Shown here in pieces: positions 44,970 to 55,662 of a stretch of 64,000 nucleotides of DNA (position 1 is its first letter; every line of letters begins with the position of its first letter). This DNA comes from an uncultured delta proteobacterium. Its GTDB lineage: Bacteria > Myxococcota_A > Polyangia > Fen-1088. A program made the position numbers and the translations under genes. Under the pieces are notes generated by a model. It ran no database searches. It saw only the letters and a list, made by a program, of their open reading frames with translations, and had not been told where the DNA came from. The stretch is taken from the NCBI GenBank assembly GCA_963767925.1, contig CAVYGB010000006.1:64001-128000 (forward strand), given 5' to 3'.

Positions 44970-47258
44970 TCACATCACCTTGAACTTGCCGATGTCCTGG
45001 TTGAGGCGGTCGGACAGCTCGATCAGCTTGCCGATGATGGCCACCGTGCCCTCGGCGCCCTGCTGGGTGCGCGCCGCGATGCTCGAGATCTGCCCGATGG
45101 TGTCGACAACCACCCGGGTGCCGCTCACCTGCTGCTGGGCGACGGTGCTGATGTCGGCCACCAGGTCGGCCGACTCGGTGGACACCTCGCGGATCCGGGC
45201 GAGCGACTCGCCCGCCTGCCCGACCACCTGGGACTCCTGCTCCACCACATGGGTCTGCTGCTCGATGGCCTGGACGGTCTCGTTTGTCTCGACGTGGATG
45301 ACCTTGACCAGCTTGCCGATCTCCTGGGTGGCGCTGGCGGTGCGCTCGGCCAGCTTGCGCACCTCCTCGGCGACGACGCTGAAGCCGCGGCCGTGTTCGC
45401 CGGCCCGGGCCGCCTCGATGGCGGCGTTGAGGGCCAGCATGTTGGTCTGTTCGCTGATGCGGCTGATGGTCTCGACGATGCTGGTGATCTCCATGCTGCG
45501 GTCGCCGAGGTTCTTCATCTTCTTGGCCCCCGCCTGCACGTTCGAGCGCAGCGAGTCCATGCCGCTGATGACGTTCTGCACCGCCTCGGCGCCCTCGACC
45601 GCCGAGCTCTCGGTGCGCTTGGCCGCCTCGGCGGCGCGCACGGCGTTCTCGCTGACCCGGGCGATCTCGCTGCTCATGCGCTGGACGAGCTGGGTCACGG
45701 CGAGCACCTCGCGGGCCTGGCTGGCCGCCCCCTCCGCCATGTGGCTGGAGGCCGAGCTGATCTGGCCGACCGACTCGTTGGTCCGGTTGAGCTGCTGCTG
45801 GATGGCGCCGATCAGAGTCTGCAGGGACTCCAGCAAGGTGTTGAAAGCGTCGGCCACGTTGCCGAGGGCCCCGCTCGTGATGCGGGCCCGGACGGTGAGG
45901 TCCCCCTCCGAGGCGTCGGCCACCACCTTGAGGAGCTCCATGATGTTGTCTTGCAGCTCGGCGTTTTCGGTCTGCACCCGCTGCTGCAGGCTGCGGGCCT
46001 CGGTGAGGGCGTTGTTGATCTGGTTGTAGGCCGCAGCCACCTCGCCCATCTCGTCCTGGCTCTCGAGGCGGAAGCTCTCGCCGGTGCCGGCGATCATGCG
46101 GCGGGTGGCCGAACCCAGGTCGCGGATCGAGTTCTGCACCGACAGGTAAAAGCCCATGAAGAGGTAGATCAGCACCAGGGCGGTCACCACCGAGGTGAGG
46201 AGCCCCTGGGTGCGGTCGTTGTCGTAGCGGACCACGCGGGCGGCGGCCATGTTGTCCAGCTCGGGGATGACCCGCCGGTAAAACTCGAAGTTCTCCTTCA
46301 AGGTGGCCATCGTGTCGGCCACCAGGCGCCGGGCCGCGTCCGCGCTGTTGCCCACCCCCTGCAGGTACTGGCGCTTGAGCAGGTCGAGGTGGCTGCCCAC
46401 CTGGTTCTTGAGGGCCAGGAAGGGCCCCCCCAGCACCTGCTGCAGGCGATCGGTCTTGCTGCGCTCGCGGTCGTCCTTGTAGGAGGTGACGAGGTTGACG
46501 ACCTCGAGGTCGACGGTGGTGCTGTCGGTGGCCCTGGCCAGGCCGGCCAGGTCGATGATCTTGTCGGTGGCGGCGGCGGGGTTGTCGACCGGGGTGGGGA
46601 GCAGCGCCCGGCTGGCCGCCTTGCTGACGGTGTTGCCCAGGTTGGGCAGCTTGGCCAGCACCATGTCCATCAGCCAGTAGCTGTTGAGGTCGGGGTCGAG
46701 GATGAGGTTCGAGTAGTTGCCGGCGTAGTTGAGGATGACGTCCATGACCCCGTCGATGACCTCGCCGTGGGCCTTGTCGGCGGCGGCGGCGCTGGGGAAG
46801 GTCTCCCCCTTGACCCGGGCCCAGACCGCCTTGACCTCGCCCCAGCGCTTGCTGGTCTGCAGGGCCACGCCGTGGCGGGCGTCGGCGGCGTCGACCAGCG
46901 CCACCTGCTGATCGCCCTCGGCGGTGGCGCTCTCGATCTCCCGCATGTAGGGGACACCGGAGAACTGGGCCACCGCCAGCACGCGGCGCTTTTGCAGGGC
47001 GTACAGGAGGTCCTTGGCCGGGAGGATGTATTCGAGGCCGATCCGCTCCTTGGCGTTGAACTCGAGCTGGTCGGTCGAGCCCTTCCACTGCAGCCGCGAG
47101 ACGAAGGCGAAGGGCAGCAGGAGGATCACGCCCATGAGGACGAACTTGTAGCCGTAGCGCAGCCGGTTCATCAGGGCGATGGCCGGGCGGAACACGAGCT
47201 GCCAGGCGCCGCCCCGGGACCTGGACTCGCCCTTGTCGGACTCTGATTCGGGGTTCAT
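44970..47258 (-). CDS. methyl-accepting chemotaxis protein (PilJ-like)
   Basis: Two TM helices, periplasmic sensor (SNLILDP), HAMP domains, [39 protein letters not shown]. Confidence 0.95.
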   Translation of the reverse strand: MNPESESDKGESRSRGGAWQLVFRPAIALMNRLRYGYKFVLMGVILLLPFAFVSRLQWKGSTDQLEFNAKERIGLEYILPAKDLLYALQKRRVLAVAQFSGVPYMREIESATAEGDQQVALVDAADARHGVALQTSKRWGEVKAVWARVKGETFPSAAAADKAHGEVIDGVMDVILNYAGNYSNLILDPDLNSYWLMDMVLAKLPNLGNTVSKAASRALLPTPVDNPAAATDKIIDLAGLARATDSTTVDLEVVNLVTSYKDDRERSKTDRLQQVLGGPFLALKNQVGSHLDLLKRQYLQGVGNSADAARRLVADTMATLKENFEFYRRVIPELDNMAAARVVRYDNDRTQGLLTSVVTALVLIYLFMGFYLSVQNSIRDLGSATRRMIAGTGESFRLESQDEMGEVAAAYNQINNALTEARSLQQRVQTENAELQDNIMELLKVVADASEGDLTVRARITSGALGNVADAFNTLLESLQTLIGAIQQQLNRTNESVGQISSASSHMAEGAASQAREVLAVTQLVQRMSSEIARVSENAVRAAEAAKRTESSAVEGAEAVQNVISGMDSLRSNVQAGAKKMKNLGDRSMEITSIVETISRISEQTNMLALNAAIEAARAGEHGRGFSVVAEEVRKLAERTASATQEIGKLVKVIHVETNETVQAIEQQTHVVEQESQVVGQAGESLARIREVSTESADLVADISTVAQQQVSGTRVVVDTIGQISSIAARTQQGAEGTVAIIGKLIELSDRLNQDIGKFKVM

Positions 47259-47275
47259 TGGTGTTTTCTCCTCGT

Positions 47276-48337
47276 CTATCTGCGTGTGTCGTCTTCGAGG
47301 GCGTTCCGCAGGCTGGTCTCGAGGGCCTCGTAGGAGCCCGGCCGTGCCTCGGGTTGCCGCTCCAGCAGGGACAGGATCAGCGCGCTCAGCCGGGACGGCA
47401 GCGCCGGCACCCGGCTGCGGGGCGGGGCCACCACCTCCTGGCGCTGCATCTGCAGCCAGCGGGCCGGGTCGCGCACCGGGAAGGGCAGGCTCCCGGTGGC
47501 CGCCTCGTAGAGGGTGGCTCCCAGCGCGTACATGTCCGAGCGGAAGTCGACCTTGCGCGCGTCGGCCGCCTGCTCGGGGGACATGTAGCCGTAGGTCCCC
47601 ACCACCAGCGCCTGGCTGGCCGGAGTCTCGTCGGGCAGCTCGTCGCCGGGGGCGCTGCCCAGGGCCAGGCCGAGGTCGACGATCTTCACCTCGCCCTGGT
47701 GGGGTAGCAGGATGTTGGCCGGCTTGATGTCCCGGTGGATGAGCCCCTGGCCCAGCCCCACCCGCAGGCCCGCCGCCACGCCCAGCCCCACTCGCACCAC
47801 CTCGGCCGCCGGCAAGGGGCCCGACAGGCGGATGATCTCGGCCAGCGACCGCCCGTCGATGTACTCCATGACGACGTAGGTGATGCGCTCGTTGTGGGTG
47901 ACGTCGTGGACCCGCACCACGTTGGGGTGGTTGATGCGCGCGGCGAAGCGCGCCTCCTGGCACAGCAGCGCGGCCAGGCCGGGCTGGCGGGCCAGGGCCC
48001 GGGGGCGGATCAGCTTGATGGCCACCGGGGTGCCGAGCAGCAGGTGGGTGGCCCGGTAGACAACCGCGAACCCGCCCCGCCCCAGCACGTGCTCGATGCA
48101 ATATTTGTCGATGATGGCCCCGCGCGGGAGCAGCTCCTCGTCGCTCGACCGCCGGCGGCGGCTGGCCCGGACGGGGGCGCTGTTCCGGGCGGCGTCGGCC
48201 GGCTCGGCGGCCTTGCGCCGCCGCTCCTCGGGTGGGCCCGGGCCCAGGAAGACCTCCGCGGGCAAGGCCGCCTCCAGCGGGGGCCGGGGCGCCTCCGCGG
48301 CGAAGGCGTCGGACAGCCGGGGATCGAGCTTGCGCAT
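47276..48337 (-). CDS. Hanks-type Ser/Thr protein kinase (cytoplasmic)
   Basis: [44 protein letters not shown]. Confidence 0.94.
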   Translation of the reverse strand: MRKLDPRLSDAFAAEAPRPPLEAALPAEVFLGPGPPEERRRKAAEPADAARNSAPVRASRRRRSSDEELLPRGAIIDKYCIEHVLGRGGFAVVYRATHLLLGTPVAIKLIRPRALARQPGLAALLCQEARFAARINHPNVVRVHDVTHNERITYVVMEYIDGRSLAEIIRLSGPLPAAEVVRVGLGVAAGLRVGLGQGLIHRDIKPANILLPHQGEVKIVDLGLALGSAPGDELPDETPASQALVVGTYGYMSPEQAADARKVDFRSDMYALGATLYEAATGSLPFPVRDPARWLQMQRQEVVAPPRSRVPALPSRLSALILSLLERQPEARPGSYEALETSLRNALEDDTRR

Positions 48338-49974
48338 CAGCGCCCCTCCTCGGCGCCACCGGGCGGCAGGCCCGCGCTGAGGCGGATCCCCTCGGCCAGC
48401 AGGACCCGCAGGTCGTTGGGCGGGTCGCCCAGCACGCCGGGCAGGCAACGCAGGGTCACCGCGTTGCCGCCGGCGCCGCTCTGCTCGGCCCGCACCATGG
48501 CGGGCAGGTTGGGCGAGCCCTTCTCGCCCCAGCCCGCCCCCGTCACCGCGCCCCGCTTGAGCATCCCCATGTCCACCACCGCCCGCAGGGCCGCCTCGAG
48601 GGCCTGGTTGCCCACCCCCAGCAGCGCGACGGGCCGCAGGTAGGCCAGGATCTCCGAGAGCTGGAAGCGCGACTTGGTCCCCAGGCTCAGCCCGTCGCCG
48701 TCGGGCGGGGCCACCACGACCAGGCTGGGCGACCGCCGCAGGCAGGGCAGGAACAGCGCCGGCTCGCGCGCGTCGAGCAGCAACACGTCGATCAGCCGCT
48801 CGCGCCGCAGGAAGAAGGAGAGCCCCATCGCCTTCACCTCCGGCGCCAGGCTGCCGAGGACCCAGCGCTCGGAGGGGGCGCCGGCCAGCCCCAGCATGCT
48901 GGAGACGCCCTTGGCCAGGTCGGCCACCAGCAGGACGTGGAAGCGGTCGCGGGCGGGGGCCTGCTCGGTCCAGGCGGCCAGCTCGTCGCGCGAGAAGATC
49001 TGCAGATCGCCGAGGGTGAAGCTGCCCCGCAGGCCCTCCTCGAGCTGGGCGGCGGCGGTGGCGTCGGGGAGGTAGGCCGAGCTGGCGGCGGGCTCGCCCT
49101 TGCCCGGGCCGGCGCCCGGCGCGACGACGTCGTTGCCGGGCAGGAAGTCCCAGCCGCTGGCCCGCCGGATGTCGATGATGCGGGCGCTCTCCATCATGAG
49201 CGACTGCACCGACTCCCAGATGGTGCGCTCGGCCTCCCCGATCGGGCAGGGGCCCGGGGAGAACTCGAAGTGCCCCTCCTCCTGGGCCAGCAGCCAGACG
49301 AAGGCGGGCGGCCCCACCATGCTGCCGAACACCGTGTGCACGATGCGGCCCCGGTCGAAGTACACCGTCCCCAGGCGGTCCTTGGTCACCACCGCCACCG
49401 TGCCGCTGCGCCGGCCCAGCTCGAGGATCGAGACCAGGTCGGCGAAGGACAGGGCGGAGAACTCCCCGGCCAGCGAATAGGCCCGGGTGCGCAGCCCCGC
49501 CAGGGCCCGCCGCTGCCGGGTGAGCAGCGACCGCACCCGCGCCACCAGCTCGGCCCCCTCGCAGGGCTTGACCAGGTAGTCGTCGACCCCCGCGGTGAGG
49601 GCGACGACCTTGGTGGTGACGCGGGCGTCGGCGGTGAAGAAGACGAAGGGGACGCTGCGCAGGCGCATGCCCTGGGTGAGCCGGCGGAAGAACTGCAGCC
49701 CGTTCATGTCGGCGAAGTCGGTCTCGGAGATGATGAGGTGGATGGGGGTGCTGCTGAGGATCTCCATGGCCGCCGCGCCGTCGACCGCCCCCTCCACCTC
49801 CAGGTCGGGCTCCCGGCTCAGCGCCATCTCGACGAACCGGCGCGAGACCGCGTCGGCGTCGATCAGCAGCACGGTGTGGACCATGCGGCGCGCGCGGCGG
49901 GGGGGCGCCGCCGGCGCGGGGAGGCCCGGATCGGGGGGCGCGCTGCTGCTCTCCCGGCTGGCCACGCCGATCAC
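48337..49974 (-). CDS. receiver + DUF4388 (PATAN-like) domain protein; phospho-Asp replaced by Glu (start 49974 or 49884)
   Basis: VLLIDAD...[13 protein letters not shown]...[31 protein letters not shown]...YFDRGRIVH. Confidence 0.85.
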   Translation of the reverse strand: MIGVASRESSSAPPDPGLPAPAAPPRRARRMVHTVLLIDADAVSRRFVEMALSREPDLEVEGAVDGAAAMEILSSTPIHLIISETDFADMNGLQFFRRLTQGMRLRSVPFVFFTADARVTTKVVALTAGVDDYLVKPCEGAELVARVRSLLTRQRRALAGLRTRAYSLAGEFSALSFADLVSILELGRRSGTVAVVTKDRLGTVYFDRGRIVHTVFGSMVGPPAFVWLLAQEEGHFEFSPGPCPIGEAERTIWESVQSLMMESARIIDIRRASGWDFLPGNDVVAPGAGPGKGEPAASSAYLPDATAAAQLEEGLRGSFTLGDLQIFSRDELAAWTEQAPARDRFHVLLVADLAKGVSSMLGLAGAPSERWVLGSLAPEVKAMGLSFFLRRERLIDVLLLDAREPALFLPCLRRSPSLVVVAPPDGDGLSLGTKSRFQLSEILAYLRPVALLGVGNQALEAALRAVVDMGMLKRGAVTGAGWGEKGSPNLPAMVRAEQSGAGGNAVTLRCLPGVLGDPPNDLRVLLAEGIRLSAGLPPGGAEEGR

Positions 49975-50537
49975 GACCCCAGGCCTTTGCCGAGCGCCGC
50001 CCGGGCGGCTGCCACCGCCGCCCGCGAGCCCGCCAGCTCGGCCGCGCTCCAGAGCCCCTGCGGATCGAGGCACAGCCCCATCGTGGGGGCCACCGGCTTG
50101 CCCCGAAGCTCCCGGGTGGAGAAGGCCCCCACGATCCCGGGGCCCCGCTCGCGAAACAGGGCCGGCGGCAGGGGGGCCGCGGCCGGGGTGGGCTGCACGA
50201 TCAGGCAGGGGCCCGTACGCAGGGCGATCGGCACCAGCTCGGCGCCCGTCCCCACCGAAAGCAACACCCAGGCGGTCGAGACCGGCGGCATGCCGAGCAA
50301 GGTGCCGAGGTTCCAGGCGGCGTAGGGCTCCTCGTCGGCGTAGACCACTTGAGGCAGGGCCACCTCACGCGGACGGCGTCCGGGCGGAGGCTGCAGCGAC
50401 ACCGCCTCGCGCAGCAGCAGGCGCTGGACCCACCGCACGGGCAGCGTGCAGACGAGGCCATGGCAGGACAGCACCACCACCAGCTCGGTGGTGGTGCGGG
50501 GCGCCTCGACGGCGCTGGGGGCGGCGCCCGCGGTCAC
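49971..50537 (-). CDS. divergent CheW-like protein
   Basis: GTGA overlaps on both sides; CTLPVRWVQRL, AAWNLGTLLG, C-terminal LCLDPQGL resemble the CheW fold. Confidence 0.55.
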   Translation of the reverse strand: MTAGAAPSAVEAPRTTTELVVVLSCHGLVCTLPVRWVQRLLLREAVSLQPPPGRRPREVALPQVVYADEEPYAAWNLGTLLGMPPVSTAWVLLSVGTGAELVPIALRTGPCLIVQPTPAAAPLPPALFRERGPGIVGAFSTRELRGKPVAPTMGLCLDPQGLWSAAELAGSRAAVAAARAALGKGLGS

Positions 50538-53500
50538 GACGCGCCGGTCTCCTCGGGTCGGCTGGCCGGCGCCCGGCGCTTGCCCCAGCGCTCGAGGGCA
50601 GCCTGGAGCATGGCCACCGAAAACGGCTTCGTCAGATAGTCGGTGGCGCCGAGGGCTTTGGCCTGCTGCTGGTGCTTCTGGCCCGAGCGGCTGGTCACCA
50701 CGATGACCGGGAGGTCCTTGTAGTCGGGCAAGAAGCGCAGCTCGGAGATCAGCTCGAAGCCGTGCATGCGCGGCATCTCGAGGTCGGTGAACACCAGGTC
50801 GAAGGGCTCGCTCCGCAGCTTGTTCAGGCCGTCGATCCCGTCGACGGCGAGGGTGACCTCCACCCCCAGGCTCTCGAGGGTCATCTCGGCGAACTTGCGC
50901 ACCGACAGCGAGTCGTCGATGAACAGCACCCGCAGGGCGCGCTCGGCGACCGGCGCCGGGGCCGCCGGCGCCCGCGGGGGCTGGGTGACGGTGGGGGCGG
51001 ACCGGGCGGGGCGGGCGGCGTATTCCCCCGGACCGGGCGCCTTCGCCGGGCGAACGCCCTGGCCCTGGGCCCCGCGCTGGGCGTTCTGCATCAGCCCGGC
51101 CACGTCGAGGATGAGCACCAGCTCGCCCGAGCCCCGGATTGTCACCCCCGCGAAGAGCGGGTGCCCCACCAGGAAGGGGCCCAGGCTCTTGACCACCACC
51201 TCCTCCTGACCGCTGACTTCGTCGACCTCGAGGGCCAGGCGGTGATCGCCCACCCGCAGCAGGATCACGGCCCGCCCGGGGGTGCGCCGGGTCTCGCCCA
51301 CCGCCAGGCCGAAGTGCCGGTCGAAGGAAGATACCGGCAACAGGTTGCCGTCGACCTTGACCCGCCGGACACCGGCCGACTCGACGAAGGTGCTCTCCGA
51401 GACCTCCACCATGCGCTCGGCGAAGTGCAGGGGGATGGCGTAGGCGTGCCCGCGCGCCCGCACCAGCAGGGCCTTGGTGATGGCCAGGCTGACCGGCAAG
51501 GTGATCAGGAAGGCGGCGCCCCGCCCCGGCTCGCTCTCGACCCGGATGCTGCCGCCCAGGCGCTCGACCGCCCGCCGGACCACGTCGCAGCCCACGCCCC
51601 GGCCGGACACCGCGCCGGCCCGGGTCCGGGTCGTCAACCCGGGATGGAACACCAGCTCGCGCACCGCCGGATCCTGCAGGGGCAGGTCGGGCGCGATGAG
51701 CCCCAGGGCCACGCCGCGGGCGTGCAGGGCGGCGAGGTCCAGCCCGGCGCCGTCGTCGCGCACCTCGATGCCGATCTGGCCGGCGTGCTGGCGGGCGATG
51801 AGGGTGATGGTCCCGGCCCGCGCCTTCTTGCGGGCCTCGCGCTCGCCGATGCGCTCGACGCCGTGGACCACGGCGTTGCGCACGAGGTGCAACATCGGCT
51901 GGAACAGGGCATCGGCGATGGTCTTGTCGAGCGCCACGTCGACCCCCTCGGCGGCCACCCGCACCTCCTTGCCCTCGCGGGTAGCGGCGTCGCGCACCGG
52001 CAGCTTGAGGCGGGTGAACAGCACCTCCAGGGTCACCATGCGGGCCCGGGTCACCTCGCTCTGGATGCCGGAGATCAGCTTGTCGAACGAGTCGGAGTCG
52101 TCGGTGAGCGAGGCCAGGCCCCGCGCGAGCTGGCCGTTCATCTCGGCGAAGTCGCTCGTGATCTCGGTGAGGGTGCGCGACAGGACGTGGATGTCCTCGT
52201 AGCGGTCGAGCTCGAGCTCGCCGAAGCTGGTCCAGGCCGGGCCGACCGGCTTGCCGTTGCCCTTGCCCTTGCCGGTTGCGGCGGCGGCGACAGCGGCGGC
52301 GGACCTGCGCGGGGCCACCACCTGGCGGCGGCGCACCTTGCGGCCGTCGAGGTTGGAAAACTCGTTCTCCTCGCGGAAGGCCTCCACGCTGTCGAGCAGC
52401 CGGCGGCTGCCCCAGCCAAGCTCGTGCTGGATCTGGCGGAGGGAGGCGGCCCGGGCCAGCAGGCGCGAGCGGCTGACAACCAGCTCGCCCGCCAGGTTCA
52501 TGAGGGTGTCGAGCCGCTCGGTGGCGACGCGGATGAACTTGCGGTCGATCTGATCGTCGCGGTCGCTGCCCGCGCTCCGCCCGGGGGGAGCCGACGCCAG
52601 GCCGCGGACGCTGCGGCGGCTGCGGGCCTCCTCGAGGCTGACCACGCTGCCCCCCTCCTCCAGTCCGGCCGGCGGCCGTCCGCCCTGCAGCCGGGCCAGG
52701 CGGGCCTCGAAGCGAGGCAGCAGCACCTCGACGGCGCCCTGGTGGGCCTGGCCGATGTTGCGCCGGACGCCGTCGCGGACGTCGAGCACCAGGGTGGCCA
52801 CCTTGCGCATGGGCGGCAAGATGGGCGACTCCTGCAGCTTCTCGAGGAAGTCCTCCAGGGCGTGCACGAGCTTGCCGGTGGGCTGGAGGCCGATTGTGTT
52901 GACCACCCCCTTGAGGGTGTGAAAGTGGCGCATGAGCGCCTGCAGGCTGGTTGTTGGCTGGGCGCTGTCCTCGAGGGCCAGGGCCTCGCGCTCGATCCCC
53001 TCCAGCAGCTCGTTGCACTCGAGCTGCATCGCCTCCCACAGCTCGCCCTGGGTCTCGACCTGCACCACCTCGCGCTCGAGGTCGGCGGGCACCACCGGCG
53101 CCGACAGCGACGCCGAGGGGGAGGCCAGGGAGGCCAGGGAGGCCCGCTCCGCGGCGACGCCGGAGCGGGTGAGGAAGGCCCCCAGGGCGGCGAGCGCCTC
53201 CCGGGTCCCCCGGGCGAGCTCGGCGGGCGGGGCGGGCGGTCCTTCGACCGCCTCCAGCAGCTGCTGGGCCCGCTCGGCTGCCCCGGCCACCTCCCGCTCG
53301 CCCACGATGAGGGCCGATCCCTTGAGGCGGTGGAACAGGCGGGCCAGGTCGACCTGCGCCCCCTCCGCGCTGGCGGCGGCCGGCGCGGTGAGGGCGGGCA
53401 GCAACGCCTCGGCCTCGCCCAGCATGGCCCGACACTCCTCGACGAACAGAGGCCGGGCCGCCGACAGGGCGGAGGGCACCTCGGAGGGGCGCGGGGCGAT

Positions 53501-54559
53501 CGCCTCGGCGACGACGACATCGGGCAGGCCGGCCAGGGCCAGCATCTCGTTTGTCTCGACGATCATCTCCTCGACCAGGGCGGCGCTGGCCCCCTCCCCT
53601 CTGTCGAGCACCACCTCGAGCCGCTCCTGCAGCAGCGAGGCGCGGTCGCTCACCGCGGTCATGCCCACGGTGGCCGCCGCCCCCCGCAGGGTATGGAAGA
53701 GCCGCTCCAGCTCGGCGGCGGCCTGGGTGTCGCGCGGCTCGCGCCGGAGGGCGCCCAGCCGCTCCTCGAGGTCGACCAGGGCGGCCCGGGCTTCGTCCTG
53801 GAACACCTCGAACAGCTCGGGCGCCACCGAGGCCGGGGGAGCCGAGCGGGGCTCCTCGAAGTCGAACCCCCGGAACGCCTCCGGGGCGGGGGGGGGCTCG
53901 GCCGGGGCGTCGTGCCGGGAGGCAACCGGCTGGGTCTGATCGGACAGCTCGAACTCGAACTCGGCGGCCGGCTCGGCGGCGACGATCGGCAGCGCGGGCT
54001 CCGGCGGCTCCGCGGCGACGAGCTCGACGTCGACAACCACCTCCGTGTCCACGACGACGACGTCGTCGTCGGCAACGTCGGCGGCGTCGGGCTCGGGGTA
54101 GGCGGCGGCGGCCCGGCCGGAGGGGGCGGTCAGCGAGGCGACGAGGTTGCGAGCGAAGGCCTGGGCCAGGCCGAGGGCCTCGGCGGGTCGCTTGTCGAGC
54201 TCCTGGGCCAGCATCTGCCGCATCTGCAGAGCACCGTCCCGGCAGGCCCAGCCCAGGGCCCGGGCGCGGGCGGCCTGGGCCTCCATCTCGCGGATCGCCT
54301 CCTGCCCCGAGCGGGCGGTCTCCTCGAGCAGCCGGGCGGTGTCGGAGAGGGACTGGGCGCCCACCAGGGCGGTGGTGCCCAGCAGGGCGTGGGCCAGGTC
54401 GGCGAGGGCGTCGAAGGGGGAGCGCCCGGCGTATTCGACCTGCTGCTCGCTGAGCCGGGGCGAGCCCAGCAGCGCCTCGGCCGCCGTCTGCAGGCGCCCG
54501 ATCAGGCTGCCGGCATCGGCGGTGAAGGTCTCACGGACGTCGTCGATCGAAAACGGCAT
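50534..54559 (-). CDS. cheA: CheA/ChpA-like hybrid histidine kinase (4 Hpt-like, HATPase, CheW, REC)
   Basis: AHALLG, FHTLRG, FHRLKG, FHTLKG; LDTLMNLAGELV; HLVRNAVVHG, DDGAG, SGRGVG; C-terminal REC with DLEMP. Confidence 0.93.
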   Translation of the reverse strand: MPFSIDDVRETFTADAGSLIGRLQTAAEALLGSPRLSEQQVEYAGRSPFDALADLAHALLGTTALVGAQSLSDTARLLEETARSGQEAIREMEAQAARARALGWACRDGALQMRQMLAQELDKRPAEALGLAQAFARNLVASLTAPSGRAAAAYPEPDAADVADDDVVVVDTEVVVDVELVAAEPPEPALPIVAAEPAAEFEFELSDQTQPVASRHDAPAEPPPAPEAFRGFDFEEPRSAPPASVAPELFEVFQDEARAALVDLEERLGALRREPRDTQAAAELERLFHTLRGAAATVGMTAVSDRASLLQERLEVVLDRGEGASAALVEEMIVETNEMLALAGLPDVVVAEAIAPRPSEVPSALSAARPLFVEECRAMLGEAEALLPALTAPAAASAEGAQVDLARLFHRLKGSALIVGEREVAGAAERAQQLLEAVEGPPAPPAELARGTREALAALGAFLTRSGVAAERASLASLASPSASLSAPVVPADLEREVVQVETQGELWEAMQLECNELLEGIEREALALEDSAQPTTSLQALMRHFHTLKGVVNTIGLQPTGKLVHALEDFLEKLQESPILPPMRKVATLVLDVRDGVRRNIGQAHQGAVEVLLPRFEARLARLQGGRPPAGLEEGGSVVSLEEARSRRSVRGLASAPPGRSAGSDRDDQIDRKFIRVATERLDTLMNLAGELVVSRSRLLARAASLRQIQHELGWGSRRLLDSVEAFREENEFSNLDGRKVRRRQVVAPRRSAAAVAAAATGKGKGNGKPVGPAWTSFGELELDRYEDIHVLSRTLTEITSDFAEMNGQLARGLASLTDDSDSFDKLISGIQSEVTRARMVTLEVLFTRLKLPVRDAATREGKEVRVAAEGVDVALDKTIADALFQPMLHLVRNAVVHGVERIGEREARKKARAGTITLIARQHAGQIGIEVRDDGAGLDLAALHARGVALGLIAPDLPLQDPAVRELVFHPGLTTRTRAGAVSGRGVGCDVVRRAVERLGGSIRVESEPGRGAAFLITLPVSLAITKALLVRARGHAYAIPLHFAERMVEVSESTFVESAGVRRVKVDGNLLPVSSFDRHFGLAVGETRRTPGRAVILLRVGDHRLALEVDEVSGQEEVVVKSLGPFLVGHPLFAGVTIRGSGELVLILDVAGLMQNAQRGAQGQGVRPAKAPGPGEYAARPARSAPTVTQPPRAPAAPAPVAERALRVLFIDDSLSVRKFAEMTLESLGVEVTLAVDGIDGLNKLRSEPFDLVFTDLEMPRMHGFELISELRFLPDYKDLPVIVVTSRSGQKHQQQAKALGATDYLTKPFSVAMLQAALERWGKRRAPASRPEETGAS

Positions 54560-54568
54560 GCCTCCCCC

Positions 54569-55237
54569 TCAGCGGGCGTCCTCGTCGGATCCCTCGTCTG
54601 ATCGGTCTTCGAGCGGGTCGTCGCTCTGGTCGTCGAGCCGGCGGAAACGCAGCGCCGACAGCCGGGACAAGATCTCGGGGGTGCTCAGCACCGTCATCAC
54701 GAACGCCCCCCGGTCGGAGACCTCCAGGAACCCCTCGACGAGCGGGCTCTCCTCGTTGCTCTCCGAGCGCGGGCGGAAGCGCCCCCGCCCCGCAGGGACC
54801 ACCATCTCCATGCGGGTGATGAGGGCGCCCAGCAAGAAGTCGTTGACCCCCCGGGGTCGCAGCACCAGCCCGGTCCGGGGCTGGCCGGGGCGCAGGGGCT
54901 CGGACTCGCCGGTCCCGGTGAGGGCCAGCGCGCGCACGAGGTCGACCAGCGCCACCGGGGTGCCCCGCAGGTTGAACAGGCCGAGCACGGCGGGTGGAGC
55001 CAGCGGCACCGGGGTGACGGACTCGACCGGCACCACCTCGCCGACCACGTCGGCGGCGATGGCGAAGCACTGCTCGCCGAGCCAGAAGCCACACAGGGTG
55101 GTGGCAAAACCACGCTCCTCCGGCGCCCGGGGGCCGCTGCGCTCGCCGCCGCTGCGCCGCGACCCCGAGGGGGCCCCGCTGGTCCCCCCGCTGCCGCCGA
55201 TGCTCGATGCCGCCACCTGGTCGCCCTCCGCGCTCAA
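54569..55237 (-). CDS. cheW: CheW coupling protein
   Basis: FAIAADVVGEV, TPVPLAPPAVLGLFNLRGTPVALVDL. Confidence 0.88.
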   Translation of the reverse strand: MSAEGDQVAASSIGGSGGTSGAPSGSRRSGGERSGPRAPEERGFATTLCGFWLGEQCFAIAADVVGEVVPVESVTPVPLAPPAVLGLFNLRGTPVALVDLVRALALTGTGESEPLRPGQPRTGLVLRPRGVNDFLLGALITRMEMVVPAGRGRFRPRSESNEESPLVEGFLEVSDRGAFVMTVLSTPEILSRLSALRFRRLDDQSDDPLEDRSDEGSDEDAR

Positions 55238-55596
55238 CCGACGAAGCGCCGGATGACGGTCAACATCGCCTCGGGGGTGTACGGCTTGCCGATGAGGTCG
55301 TCGGCGCCCTGGCGCTTGCCCCAGAACTTGTCGCTCTCGGCGCTCTTGGAGGTGACGAGCACGATGGGGATGCCGGCGGTCTGGGGATCGGCCTTGAGGA
55401 CGCGGCAGGTCTTGAACCCGTCCTGCTGGGGCATGACCACATCGAGGAAGATCAGCGAGGGCTGGTTGGCCTTGGCCAGGGTCAAGGCCTGGCTGCCGTC
55501 CGAGCCGTAGAGGGGCCGGTGGCCGGCCTTGACCACCACGGATCCGAGCAGCTCTCGATCGGTCTGGACGTCGTCGATGATGAGGATGGTGGACAT
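55234..55596 (-). CDS. single-domain response regulator (PilH/CheY-like)
   Basis: ILIIDD, FLDVVMP, TSK, DKFWGKRQGA, KP; AAGGAG RBS. Confidence 0.92.
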   Translation of the reverse strand: MSTILIIDDVQTDRELLGSVVVKAGHRPLYGSDGSQALTLAKANQPSLIFLDVVMPQQDGFKTCRVLKADPQTAGIPIVLVTSKSAESDKFWGKRQGADDLIGKPYTPEAMLTVIRRFVG

Positions 55597-55662
55597 GGCG
55601 CTCTCCTTTCGGTCTTGCGCGGAGCCTTCAGGAAGGCCCCGCACCTCCCGCGATCGGGAGGC

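Noticed and set aside
49595..54601. Very long alternative ORFs (e.g. 49595-54601 +, 21753-25769 +, 21937-26232 -, 19001-22210 -)
   Set aside because: Stop-poor shadow frames of real genes in high-GC DNA; R/G/P/A-rich with no recognisable motifs.
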